Source of the DNA: a virus
DNA length: 64,000 bases
IMG/VR virus record: IMGVR_UViG_3300050015_000702
Strand: one strand, 5' to 3'
In this document: positions 48,917 to 57,729 of the stretch, one piece after another
Position numbering within the stretch: position 1 is the stretch's first letter
Layout of the letters: each line of letters starts with the position of its first letter
The notes under the pieces: generated by a model
Told to the model about the DNA's origin: nothing
Database searches by the model: none
Seen by the model: the letters and a program-made list of their open reading frames with translations, nothing else
Program-made: the position numbers and the translations under genes

Positions 48917-49182
48917 AAGTCTCGTGAAAAATGGTGCTTCTTAAGCTGCCATTCTCATTTCGTTAACAGTTTCGCCGTTTACTTGCGTTACTGGAATAAT
49001 CGTTATCTCCCTCAATATGCAGTCAAAGCCAGGTCAGCCCCGATTTGTGCGGATCGAAAATAAGTTTGTCTAAACTCACCGCACTTAGTTTAAGATAATC
49101 GGCAATCGATTGTGGAGCTGCCGCGAATCGAACGCGGGTGTTGCATATCTACTCTATAATTAGCTCTTTCGAGCACTCCCAA
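48890..49182 (-). ncRNA. ssrA: circularly permuted (two-piece) tmRNA
   Basis: Acceptor piece (T-arm CCGCG-TTCGATT-CGCGG, CAGCTCCA, ends 49113) precedes coding piece (GGGGCTGACCTGGCTTTGAC from 49041); G3.U70 pair; TGCATAT/ATATGCA helix; tag 48976-48941 = GETVNEMRMAA* with the stop in a hairpin loop. Confidence 0.9.
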
Positions 49183-49907
49183 TATCTTTTTCCTATTTTA
49201 ATAATAGGACTTGTATCTTCAAAAAATAATTTTTCAATTTGATTAAAATCAATAAATTCCCTTTCATCTATTCTAATTAATCTGTATCCATTCTCGATAC
49301 ACCACTCTTCAAGCAATTTATCTTTGAATCGTTTTGTTTCTAATTGATGATGTATATCCTTAAAATGCCAAATACCATCATATTCAAAACAAATTTTTAA
49401 AATATCCGAATATAAATCCCTTCCTATCCCCGTTTCCTTATATCTTAAATTCCCTCCTGATTTCCAATTATATTGAGGATAATGAGCTTTAAAATATTTA
49501 ACAATTTCCCTTTCTTTTGATGAAGAAAATTTTATATTTGTACTCTGTTTTTGTTGATAAGTTTCGGTATAATATATTCCATTTTTCCAGGCTTCTTTTA
49601 TAGCATTGCTGCTTCGAATTTTTCCTTCTTCTGTATGAATTATTTTTGTATTAGCACAGGATTTACAACAAAATCTCCTTTTAATACCTCCTTTTCGATA
49701 TTTGATGTGAATTATATTATTGCATAATTCTGCTTCACATTTAATATCCTCTTCTATATATTTTCCGAATCTTTTTTCGTTCGTTTTTAAGGCTTCTTTT
49801 GAAAGTTTTTCACCTAATTTTGAATTATCTCTATGCTGCCATCTTACATGATTTGCCTTCGCTTGAAAGGTTCCAAATTCTTCTTTACATTCTCCGCAGA
49901 CATACAT
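49149..49907 (-). mobile_element. free-standing Zn-finger + Vsr/DUF559-like endonuclease
   Basis: C2H2 finger, FCCKSC, RDLY...ICFEYDGIWH...D......GYRLIRI; 3' end overlaps the tmRNA. Confidence 0.8.
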
Positions 49908-49965
49908 AGTTTTATTCTATATATCCGTATGGAGCTGGTAAGTTTCGAACTCTACCGTTAAAGTT

Positions 49966-50370
49966 TTAATACTGGCTTCTTTGCAGTGGTTCAAAATACC
50001 ATTCCCATTTATCTAAAGTTCCCCAAGTATGAAAATTAGAAGGTGATTTTCCATTACTCAATTGAACAATAGCTGTTCCATTTTGCAGCTCTTTTGCATG
50101 TTCTAAACTCCCCGCTCTTTCTAAATGCATTCCTATAGGATTCGACATAATAACATTATAAGCCCAGAAGTAAGTATCTGCTGGATAATGATCTCCAAGA
50201 ACATAATCGGGTCCTATTTCTCCATTAATCTTTTTAACACTAAAATCTATTTTAGACTTAATTATATCCCCAGACTTAACACTAGCCATGGTTTTTAAGC
50301 CAATATCTAGAGCTTTATAGGGTTCCTGATGTTGTTTAAATATTTTTTCGTTTACAAATTCAGCTTTCAT
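49966..50370 (-). CDS. FERG-variant module protein
   Basis: FVNEKIFKQHQEPYKALDIG then ..KSGDII, homologous to the modules in the upstream gene. Confidence 0.6.
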   Translation of the reverse strand: MKAEFVNEKIFKQHQEPYKALDIGLKTMASVKSGDIIKSKIDFSVKKINGEIGPDYVLGDHYPADTYFWAYNVIMSNPIGMHLERAGSLEHAKELQNGTAIVQLSNGKSPSNFHTWGTLDKWEWYFEPLQRSQY

Positions 50371-50372
50371 GC

Positions 50373-51215
50373 TTATGTAGTTTCATATTCTTCATCATAT
50401 TCACTTGGCTGAATGATCTTAAACCATTCATTCCATGCTTCAATAGGTTTAACAGACCAACAAGTTCTTATATTTGGGAGAATTCCTTCTTTTACTTCAT
50501 TTGAAATATTCCAGGCACGTCTAAATACAGAGCCGCTTTGATACAAAGTAATGGACCAATCGTCATCTATTTTTGAGGATTCTTTAACTATAAAATATCT
50601 TCCTGGATTGTCATCATCGGTCATATCTTCATTATCTGAAAAATATAATCTCTGATCTGTTGAGGAAGCTCTATAAACTCTTTTTATATTTCTTATTATA
50701 TCTCCGGGTTTTAATTTCTCCCAAGTAGTAATACCGATGTCCAATTTCTTAAGTGGACTTCCACCGCGATCAAAAGCTAATGATTCTCTCAAATTTTTAG
50801 GACTAACTACTTTAAAAAATTCCATCCATACACTAGGACTTTTTATTCCAGTTACTGTAGCAAATATTTTTCCAAAATCGGGATTTTTTTGAATCTTTTC
50901 TGCTGTTTCTTCAATATCTTTATCCAAATTTTCCATTCCTATTAATTCAATAGACAATTTGTTATCTTGAAGAATCGCATCTCTCTTGAGTATTCCAAAA
51001 TCTCCAACTCTCCAATAATACCCAAAGCTCCTATTTTCGGGAGTATAAAAAATTAGGTCTTCTTTTTCACTTACCCAAGCTTCTTTAATACACCTAAGAA
51101 CATCACCCCTTTTAAGATCATCAAAGCCACGCATACCAACATCCATTCTACGTAAAGGTTTTCCTCCACGTTCAAAATGTTGTTGTATCGCTTCTCTAAT
51201 TAAAAGTGCTTTCAT
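50373..51215 (-). CDS. two-module FERG protein
   Basis: IREAIQQHFERGGKPLRRMDVG and LRESLAFDRGGSPLKKLDIG, each followed by LK.GD(V/I). Confidence 0.65.
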   Translation of the reverse strand: MKALLIREAIQQHFERGGKPLRRMDVGMRGFDDLKRGDVLRCIKEAWVSEKEDLIFYTPENRSFGYYWRVGDFGILKRDAILQDNKLSIELIGMENLDKDIEETAEKIQKNPDFGKIFATVTGIKSPSVWMEFFKVVSPKNLRESLAFDRGGSPLKKLDIGITTWEKLKPGDIIRNIKRVYRASSTDQRLYFSDNEDMTDDDNPGRYFIVKESSKIDDDWSITLYQSGSVFRRAWNISNEVKEGILPNIRTCWSVKPIEAWNEWFKIIQPSEYDEEYETT

Positions 51216-51218
51216 CCG

Positions 51219-51226
51219 CAAATATA
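51219..51226 (-). promoter_or_regulatory. Bacteroidota-type -7 box TAnnTTTG (TATATTTG)
   Basis: 3 nt upstream of ATG 51215. Confidence 0.6.
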
Positions 51227-51227
51227 C

Positions 51228-51268
51228 AAAAAATTCCTGATATAGAATATCTATTCAGGAATTTTTTT
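51228..51268. terminator. inverted repeat / intrinsic terminator
   Basis: AAAAATTCCTGA...TCAGGAATTTTT with A/T tails on both sides. Confidence 0.7.
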
Positions 51269-51284
51269 CAAGGTATTTTTTAAT

Positions 51285-51539
51285 TTAGGCAATCGGAGGG
51301 GTTATGGTTTTTTGAGGGAATAGTTTTTCCAAACCAAATAGTTTCCAAAAAATGTAGTAAACTAGAAGACAAAATAACCAAAGACCTACGATAGTCTGAA
51401 CAAATGGCTTTGCATCCAAAGCATTATAACCAATGAATACAACAAGTATATTCACAATCTGCATCCAACTCTTTTTGAGCCAAGGTAGAGCAGTTTTTAC
51501 AGCCCATGCCTTAATTTTTTCAATCAATTTTTTCCACAT
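51285..51539 (-). CDS. small two-TM membrane protein (holin-like candidate)
   Basis: Basic N-terminus, two hydrophobic helices. Confidence 0.5.
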   Translation of the reverse strand: MWKKLIEKIKAWAVKTALPWLKKSWMQIVNILVVFIGYNALDAKPFVQTIVGLWLFCLLVYYIFWKLFGLEKLFPQKTITPPIA

Positions 51540-51544
51540 AATTT

Positions 51545-51658
51545 TTATTTATTTAATTTTTTCTCTGGTAATGCCAGGGTAACGATAATAGCACCTATGA
51601 TCAATAATATTGGCCATATTTGCTGTGCAACTTCTCCCAACTGTTTTAAAAGTTCCAT
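51545..51658 (-). CDS. 37-aa single-TM peptide (not in ORF track)
   Basis: MELLKQLGEVAQQIWPILLIIGAIIVTLALPEKKLNK fills the gap between two co-oriented genes. Confidence 0.55.
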   Translation of the reverse strand: MELLKQLGEVAQQIWPILLIIGAIIVTLALPEKKLNK

Positions 51659-51673
51659 AGTATTGATTTTTAA

Positions 51674-51949
51674 TTAAAGTATCTCTTGTGTAACTAATAT
51701 TCCATCATCTGTAAGAGGTTCTCCGTCCCATCTATCCCCTTCTCCAATCTCTTCAATTATTTGTCCGATTAATTCAGCTTGTTCTTCGTCATCGGCTTGT
51801 ATAACCATAAAATTAGAATAAGCATCAAATTTAAAATGAATTTTATTCTTTCTTAATTCGGGAATAATAGTTTGAAGCATATCCAAACCATTGGCCATGG
51901 TATAATATCCAAAACCGTTTCCTTCTAAACTTTCTTTCACTAATTTCAT
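51674..51949 (-). CDS. small acidic protein with LVKES leader
   Basis: MKLVKESLE; directly downstream of the portal. Confidence 0.55.
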   Translation of the reverse strand: MKLVKESLEGNGFGYYTMANGLDMLQTIIPELRKNKIHFKFDAYSNFMVIQADDEEQAELIGQIIEEIGEGDRWDGEPLTDDGILVTQEIL

Positions 51950-51953
51950 ATTG

Positions 51954-53780
51954 TTATACTCCTAATTCTTCTTCACCCCCTGCTGCTGGTTCTTCTGCTC
52001 CGCCTTCACCACCAAGTTCTCCACCACCGCCTAAGTCTCCAAGTCCCCCACCAAGTTCTCCACCGCCGCCTAAGCCGCCGCCACCTTCACCGCCGAAACC
52101 ACCTCCGCCGCCAAGTTCTCCACCGCCACCTTCACCACCAGGCTGTTGACCTGTTGCTGCGTTGAGACGTGCATAAGCTTGAGCAAGTTTACGAACTTCT
52201 TCTTCTCTTTCTTTCTTATATTTAGCGTTGAGCTTAATATCTGCTTCTGTAAATTCCATGAACTTCTCAACCAAAAATTTAGGGTCAAAATAGTTCTTTT
52301 CTCCTGGAGTTCCATCTGGATTAACAGTAGGTTCTTTAATTCCAGCAATACTTGTAATTGTAGCGGATCCCTTTTCTGCAAGAGATCTTTCTTTCATTTT
52401 CTTGAATAAGTTTTCTTCAATGAAATCAAGACCAACAGATCCCTGAAGTACTCTGTCTTCTTTAAATTCTGGATGTTTTAAAAGGAATTGAATCCAAAGA
52501 GGTTTAAGAAGGATTTCCTGGAAAGTAGAACGAATTCTAATAATGAAATTAGAAAATCTCATTTCCTCTCTAGCAACACCTTCACCGCCATCACCCCAAC
52601 TTCCGCCATTACCGCCTTCTGAAGATTCAGCGGAATTATTAAATCGGGAACTAGGTACTTTGGTTTCGATAATGAATCTCTGCCAGAAATATTTAAGAGA
52701 TTCTGTATTAGATAAGTCGTATCCTTGTGGTTGGAATCCATCGATTTCTGTCTGAGCTCCATCACGGGTAGGAATAACGAATGTCTTGGCGAAATTGAAC
52801 TGAGCGGAACCATTGTAGGTTACTTCTCCGGATTCATCCGAGATGTTTAACTCTTCCTTGTACATACCACGTAATTCTGATAGTCTTGTACGAGCTTTAG
52901 CATCTGATTGGGATCCAATCGGAACTAAGATTTTAACCCTCATCTGAGCGTTCCAAACGTTCCAAATAATACGTGAGTTTTCAAGTGTTCTCATCATGTT
53001 AAATGAACGAACTAATCTCTCAACATATGAAAGTCTTCCAATAAAGTTACCTCGTGCCCAGGATATGTAAATAAGGTTAGAGTCAACTAATTCTCTTTGT
53101 TTTCTTGCATCACCACGATACTGAATCCAAACACGATATTCCTCGCCATCATTATTAATACGAACTTCTGGTTCAAGTGATATTGGGTCAAGTTCCTTTA
53201 GAGCAATAATGTTCTTAGCATTCTCTTCGCCTTCACCATCATAAATGATTTCAAATGCGAGGAATCCATCAATAAGGAATTTCTTTAAATAATGCCAGCC
53301 ATCGTGACCCTGATTGAATTTGAAAGCAAAATAGATTTTTCTGAAGCATTCATTTAAATCTTCTACAATTTCTTTTGCTTTATCTTGTTTTAAGACAGAT
53401 TTAAGGTTCTTTGTTGCTGGGTAAGCAAAATAGTTCTGATCGTCATAGATGATCGTTTCGTCTGCAATAATTTCAATAACGTTTTCTATTTCACCATTCA
53501 TTGCAAACTTACGAAGGAAGTCTCTACGTGTAGGATATTCCTTATCATAGAATGCGATAAATTCTTTTTGACCATAGTCAGTGCCAGCATAGTTTCCCTG
53601 GTAGTAGAGTCCATACATGGAATCTAACTGAGCTTCAGCTATACCAACGGACTTAGACTGTTTTATAACTTTTTCGTCCCATTTCATGCCCAGGGAACTC
53701 AAATTGCGTATATTTCTCTGAAGTTGTCCGACAAGACCCATTCGTCTGCCGTCCACATTTTTCATTGTGAATCCAGCCAT
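51954..53780 (-). CDS. portal protein, T4 gp20-like, Gly/Glu-rich tail
   Basis: KKFLIDG, ELDP, SYVERLVRSFN.MR.LE.SRIIW, YF......TKVP.SRF, REE.RF..FI.R.R..F. Confidence 0.9.
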   Translation of the reverse strand: MAGFTMKNVDGRRMGLVGQLQRNIRNLSSLGMKWDEKVIKQSKSVGIAEAQLDSMYGLYYQGNYAGTDYGQKEFIAFYDKEYPTRRDFLRKFAMNGEIENVIEIIADETIIYDDQNYFAYPATKNLKSVLKQDKAKEIVEDLNECFRKIYFAFKFNQGHDGWHYLKKFLIDGFLAFEIIYDGEGEENAKNIIALKELDPISLEPEVRINNDGEEYRVWIQYRGDARKQRELVDSNLIYISWARGNFIGRLSYVERLVRSFNMMRTLENSRIIWNVWNAQMRVKILVPIGSQSDAKARTRLSELRGMYKEELNISDESGEVTYNGSAQFNFAKTFVIPTRDGAQTEIDGFQPQGYDLSNTESLKYFWQRFIIETKVPSSRFNNSAESSEGGNGGSWGDGGEGVAREEMRFSNFIIRIRSTFQEILLKPLWIQFLLKHPEFKEDRVLQGSVGLDFIEENLFKKMKERSLAEKGSATITSIAGIKEPTVNPDGTPGEKNYFDPKFLVEKFMEFTEADIKLNAKYKKEREEEVRKLAQAYARLNAATGQQPGGEGGGGELGGGGGFGGEGGGGLGGGGELGGGLGDLGGGGELGGEGGAEEPAAGGEEELGV

Positions 53781-53796
53781 AGTTGTTTTCTTTTAT

Positions 53797-54594
53797 TTAT
53801 ATATTCTCTTTACATTTATCCCCATGCCATCTATTATAATTCCCAGGATCCATCATTTTATGACAATGGGGACATTCTTTTTTGTCATATATTTGACCCA
53901 TTCTGCCTTTGCTGATATTTTTGCATGTGGTTTCGCTAGCTTTTTTGCCGACTCGAGTTTTGCTCATTTTATCTTTCATTAATGAAAGTTTTTTATCAGC
54001 TTCTTCTTTACCAAATTTTTCTTCCCATATCTCAAAAACAGTTTTTTGAAACATTGGATTTTCTTCTCCAACTCTTTCACTAGCACGTTTACTCATTTTT
54101 TCAATGGTCTCTTTAGAAAATATTCCGGTTTTCCCTTTACACCAACAATTCTGCCCAATATGAGATTTGCTTATATTTTGACAATGCTCATTTGTAAATT
54201 TCCTTCCACTTAATCCTTTACTAATGTTCGTTTTCCATTCTGCTGTTCGAGGAACTTTACTGAATGATTCTCGAAATTTATCGATGGATGCTTTTGTCCT
54301 TCTTCCTGGTATTTCTCCATTTCCCCCATTTGGATGAATGTTATACCCAATCGGAATAAGTGTTTTATATTTTATTATATTGGGTTCTTCGAGTTTTCTA
54401 GCTTCATGTAAGGTTTCGCATTTCTGTAATATTTCCTTTTTAAAAGATTCCTTACCATATTTCTTTATGGATCTTCTAATTAAATTACCACTGCCTAAAT
54501 ATCCATCGTCTATATTATTGGTAGTATGAGCTCCGACATATTGTTTTCCATTGACGATATTAGTTGTTAAATAAACATAGTGAATATTTCCCAT
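53797..54594 (-). mobile_element. free-standing GIY-YIG homing endonuclease
   Basis: YVYLTTNIVNGKQYVG, YLGSG, GYNI, NUMOD-like repeats, CPHC...WHGDKCK. Confidence 0.85.
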
Positions 54595-54643
54595 AAATCC
54601 CTTTTATTTATATATTCGGAATTTATCCCACTTAATTGCTTAT

Positions 54644-55348
54644 TTAAGTTTTGTCTCCTATTGATACGATTCCTTTTGAACCCAGGTCATAAATCTTATA
54701 TAATTGAGCCTGATTCATCTTTCGGAATGCATTTTTAGGTTCATAAAATGGTATAAATTTCCATTCTGAATATTCCACCATTCTGAATTTGGTTACTTTT
54801 GGGAAAGAATATTTTCTATAAGCGAAATTAAAATTGGCGGCATTCTTACTATTGAATAATTTGATCATTGTCTGACCCCCGCCGCTCTTCATGTAATCTA
54901 CAAATCGTTTATTTATGGCTTCCTTATTATTCTCTGTAAGATTTTCTACCTTGTCAAAAAAGTCTTTAAAAGTAAGAAAGAATGAATCCAAAAATTTAAG
55001 ACGAACATCTGGAGGAAGTAAATTTAGATTGATACCGGAAAATGTTCCTCTGTCCTGATTCATACAAAAAGTTAAGGGAACAAAGTCTGTATATTCCTTG
55101 TTTCCTTTTTGTAATTCAATTAGAACATTTGGGCCTTGGTAAATGAAAGTATAAACAAATCCGGGAATAGGATACCCGCCATTCTTAGAACCAATAACAC
55201 TTTCCTGATCCGTTGAATCGATTTCAGTGAGTTTAGCATCCCCTTTTAGATTTTGGACAATATATTTTTCGAATAAGATTGAGTATGCCTGGTCAGAGAT
55301 TCCATTGACCCTTTGCATAATCTTATATTCATCGGCAGGAGCTAACAT
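54644..55348 (-). CDS. DNA end protector, T4 gp2-like
   Basis: G.VYTF.Y...D..PL.F......F.GINL..LPP..R..FL; FA.RKY. Confidence 0.7.
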   Translation of the reverse strand: MLAPADEYKIMQRVNGISDQAYSILFEKYIVQNLKGDAKLTEIDSTDQESVIGSKNGGYPIPGFVYTFIYQGPNVLIELQKGNKEYTDFVPLTFCMNQDRGTFSGINLNLLPPDVRLKFLDSFFLTFKDFFDKVENLTENNKEAINKRFVDYMKSGGGQTMIKLFNSKNAANFNFAYRKYSFPKVTKFRMVEYSEWKFIPFYEPKNAFRKMNQAQLYKIYDLGSKGIVSIGDKT

Positions 55349-55923
55349 TTTACTAAATTTTTTGTTCGATTATTATTTCCCATTCTAGATTTGCTCATAT
55401 TTCGCTTAGTTTGTTCAGACATCGGAGGCCTATTTTTGGCGGCTTCCTGCATATTCTTTTTATGCTCTTCCGAAAAATCCCCATTTCCATTATTTCTCCT
55501 TGTGTCCCAAATTGCTTTTTTACTTTCAGCGGTATGTTTGGGCTTACTCATTTTTTGTTTAGTTATTTCGGATCTTTTTATACCCAATAAACTATTTTTA
55601 ATTTTTTCTTTACTTTCTTCAGAAAAACATTCAACAACTCCAACCCCTCCTTTTGGACTTAAATTATATCCATTTGGTTTTAATGTATTATGCTCTTTAA
55701 TATATTTTTCTTGAGCATCAAAGGAAGATTGTTTAGATGGAAAAAACTTTAGAATTTCCTTTTTGAAATTCTCCTTTCCGTATTTCTTTTTAGCATTATT
55801 AAAATAAGGGCGTCCACTACCAATATAATGATCATCCAAATTATTGGTTGAGTGATCTCCGACATATTTTTTGCCATTGATTAAATTTGTCGTCAAATAA
55901 ACATAATTGAACTCTTTTTCCAT
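55342..55923 (-). mobile_element. free-standing GIY-YIG homing endonuclease
   Basis: YVYLTTNLINGKKYVG, YIGSG, PNGYN, SEE.K repeats; similar to 38688..39338. Confidence 0.85.
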
Positions 55924-56325
55924 CTAGAGTTTTAATCCATATATCTTTTCAACATTTGCTATACTTAATACTGTCTCGCTAGAGAAAAGTTCTTTGGGAG
56001 CTAACTGATTACCCATAAATGGGATTCTTGTCCACTTCCAAAATACCCAAGGTTTCCAGAATCCGTGTGTAAATACTCTTACCGAATCCTTTGGAACATT
56101 TGGATGCTGAACAAATCGAATCTGAAATCTTTTAGTGAATGTTTCATAACGAAAACACTCTTCAATTTTAAAACGATGATTGAATTCTCTAAAAGTATTT
56201 GAGCCATCTTCAGCAGAAGGAACCCAGTTCTTATTATACTTAACAATCTGGGTGTTATCTAATTCGATAACTGTTTGATACGAATTTATTTTTTCCATGA
56301 TATTGAGTTTAAAATCTTCCACCAA
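55924..56325 (-). CDS. hypothetical protein
   Basis: ORF between gp4 and the endonuclease. Confidence 0.5.
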   Translation of the reverse strand: MVEDFKLNIMEKINSYQTVIELDNTQIVKYNKNWVPSAEDGSNTFREFNHRFKIEECFRYETFTKRFQIRFVQHPNVPKDSVRVFTHGFWKPWVFWKWTRIPFMGNQLAPKELFSSETVLSIANVEKIYGLKL

Positions 56326-56926
56326 TTATGCCAAATTTTCTCATTTGGTCTTCGGTGAAGATATAGAATTTGCTATTGTGACGTACTGCCCATTCATTCA
56401 TGGCAGCAAACTTTGCTTCATTAATAAGATATTCCTTGACCTGGATATTATATCTTTTTATATCTTTTAGGGGTGCATCGGGAGGAAGCATTTTAGGCTT
56501 TCCTAATTTATGGGATGGCTTAATTTCGATGAACCATTTTTCAATAACTCCATCAGCTTTCTTAACTTCAACCCAGAAGTCTACATTATAGAATTTAGTA
56601 ATCCAGTTCTTTGGGTTGTTAGGATCCAATCCTAGTTTCTTATTGGCGTCAAGTTTAGAAACCCTATCATAATAAGGAACTCGAATAGGTTCGGAACTCC
56701 ATCGAACTATGGAAGGAGAACAATCGCACCATTTGCAGAACGATAATTCCCATCCACTACGGTAGATGATTAATTTTGGATTGCCAATATATTTCTGCGG
56801 AGCATTTAAAGTATATTTTTCATGAAGATAACCCTGGCGAGTTGTCCCTTTCTTCAAGTTCCCTTCAGCAGTAAGTACCTCTTTTTGAGGTTTATGCCAA
56901 ATCTTATACTTTTCATTATTAGCCAT
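56309..56926 (-). CDS. head completion nuclease, T4 gp4-like
   Basis: KYIGNP..IIYRSGWE..FC.WCD..P.I.RWSSE...VPY; DF.V...IEIKP; N.AK..A. Confidence 0.88.
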   Translation of the reverse strand: MANNEKYKIWHKPQKEVLTAEGNLKKGTTRQGYLHEKYTLNAPQKYIGNPKLIIYRSGWELSFCKWCDCSPSIVRWSSEPIRVPYYDRVSKLDANKKLGLDPNNPKNWITKFYNVDFWVEVKKADGVIEKWFIEIKPSHKLGKPKMLPPDAPLKDIKRYNIQVKEYLINEAKFAAMNEWAVRHNSKFYIFTEDQMRKFGIIGGRF

Positions 56927-57273
56927 TAGATTGAATATATTTTATTCTGACTAATTGAAATCTTTTTACTCTTGGGCATGTTACCATAAAGTTTACGCCA
57001 TCCTTTTGCAAAGCCATTCTTTATTATCTGGGTAACATAAGCGAATGCATTTGCACTCTTTTCTGGGTTATATCCTCTCCAATATTGGAAACAGTCCATT
57101 ATTGCAAACGAAATACAATCCTCTCGGTCCTCATTATAGACGTATTTAAACTTCGTTGAGAACTTATTAGCCATTAAAATAAACATGTCCAAACATTCTT
57201 TGGTGAGTTTATCCTGTGCTTTAGATTTGATTAGTTCTTCTCTAAGATCTTTATTTTTAACGTGGATGGCCAT
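56926..57273 (-). CDS. late-transcription sigma factor, T4 gp55-like (short)
   Basis: HVKNKDL, F.Y...DREDCI..A..DC, YNPEKS.NAFAY.TQI..N.F. Confidence 0.85.
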   Translation of the reverse strand: MAIHVKNKDLREELIKSKAQDKLTKECLDMFILMANKFSTKFKYVYNEDREDCISFAIMDCFQYWRGYNPEKSANAFAYVTQIIKNGFAKGWRKLYGNMPKSKKISISQNKIYSI

Positions 57274-57379
57274 AATTAACAGTTATTTAACGTTTAGATT
57301 AAAAAATTTTTATTAAATTTGGGGTGAACCACAAGCCCCCACACCCTCAAATTTAACGGGTTATTAACTTCTATTATAC

Positions 57380-57410
57380 AAAAAAAGGCACAACAAGTTT
57401 TCGTTGTACC
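57380..57410 (-). terminator. intrinsic terminator upstream of the gp55-like gene
   Basis: GGTACAAC-GAAAACTT-GTTGTGCC-T7. Confidence 0.7.
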
Positions 57411-57431
57411 TATGGAGATATAGAGAGGAAA

Positions 57432-57719
57432 TTACTTGGGAATTGTAGTAGCTTTTGATAGAGAAACTTTCAAACTATCAATATCCTGAGTTTGATTGTT
57501 TATCTGATTGGCTTGTATCTTTAGGGTCGAATCGATCTCTGGAATTTTCCTATCTAGGAATTTAGATAATTGTCTATATTCGGTCTTTACACTATCCACC
57601 TGAACTTTAATTTCGGGATTAGTTTTGAACGAATCTATTCCCATATAAAGAAATAGAACAAAGATAATCGCCATAATGAGCAATGCTTGCGGATTTCTCC
57701 ACTTCTTTTTATTTTCCAT
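57432..57719 (-). CDS. TM + coiled-coil protein
   Basis: N-terminal TM, heptads. Confidence 0.55.
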   Translation of the reverse strand: MENKKKWRNPQALLIMAIIFVLFLYMGIDSFKTNPEIKVQVDSVKTEYRQLSKFLDRKIPEIDSTLKIQANQINNQTQDIDSLKVSLSKATTIPK

Positions 57720-57729
57720 TTTGCTACTT

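Noticed and set aside
49113-49137. Stand-alone tRNA-Ala
   Set aside because: No upstream D/anticodon arms; the matching 5' strand lies downstream, with a tag ORF, so it is a permuted tmRNA
51960-52140. GC-rich tandem repeats at the portal 3' end as a DNA element
   Set aside because: Explained by a GGGGELG-type low-complexity protein tail with synonymous variation
55924-55975. VLSIANVEK (end of the upstream gene, before GATATATG) as a mimic of gp2 MLAPADEYK
   Set aside because: Only 3 identities and inside coding sequence; not distinguishable from chance
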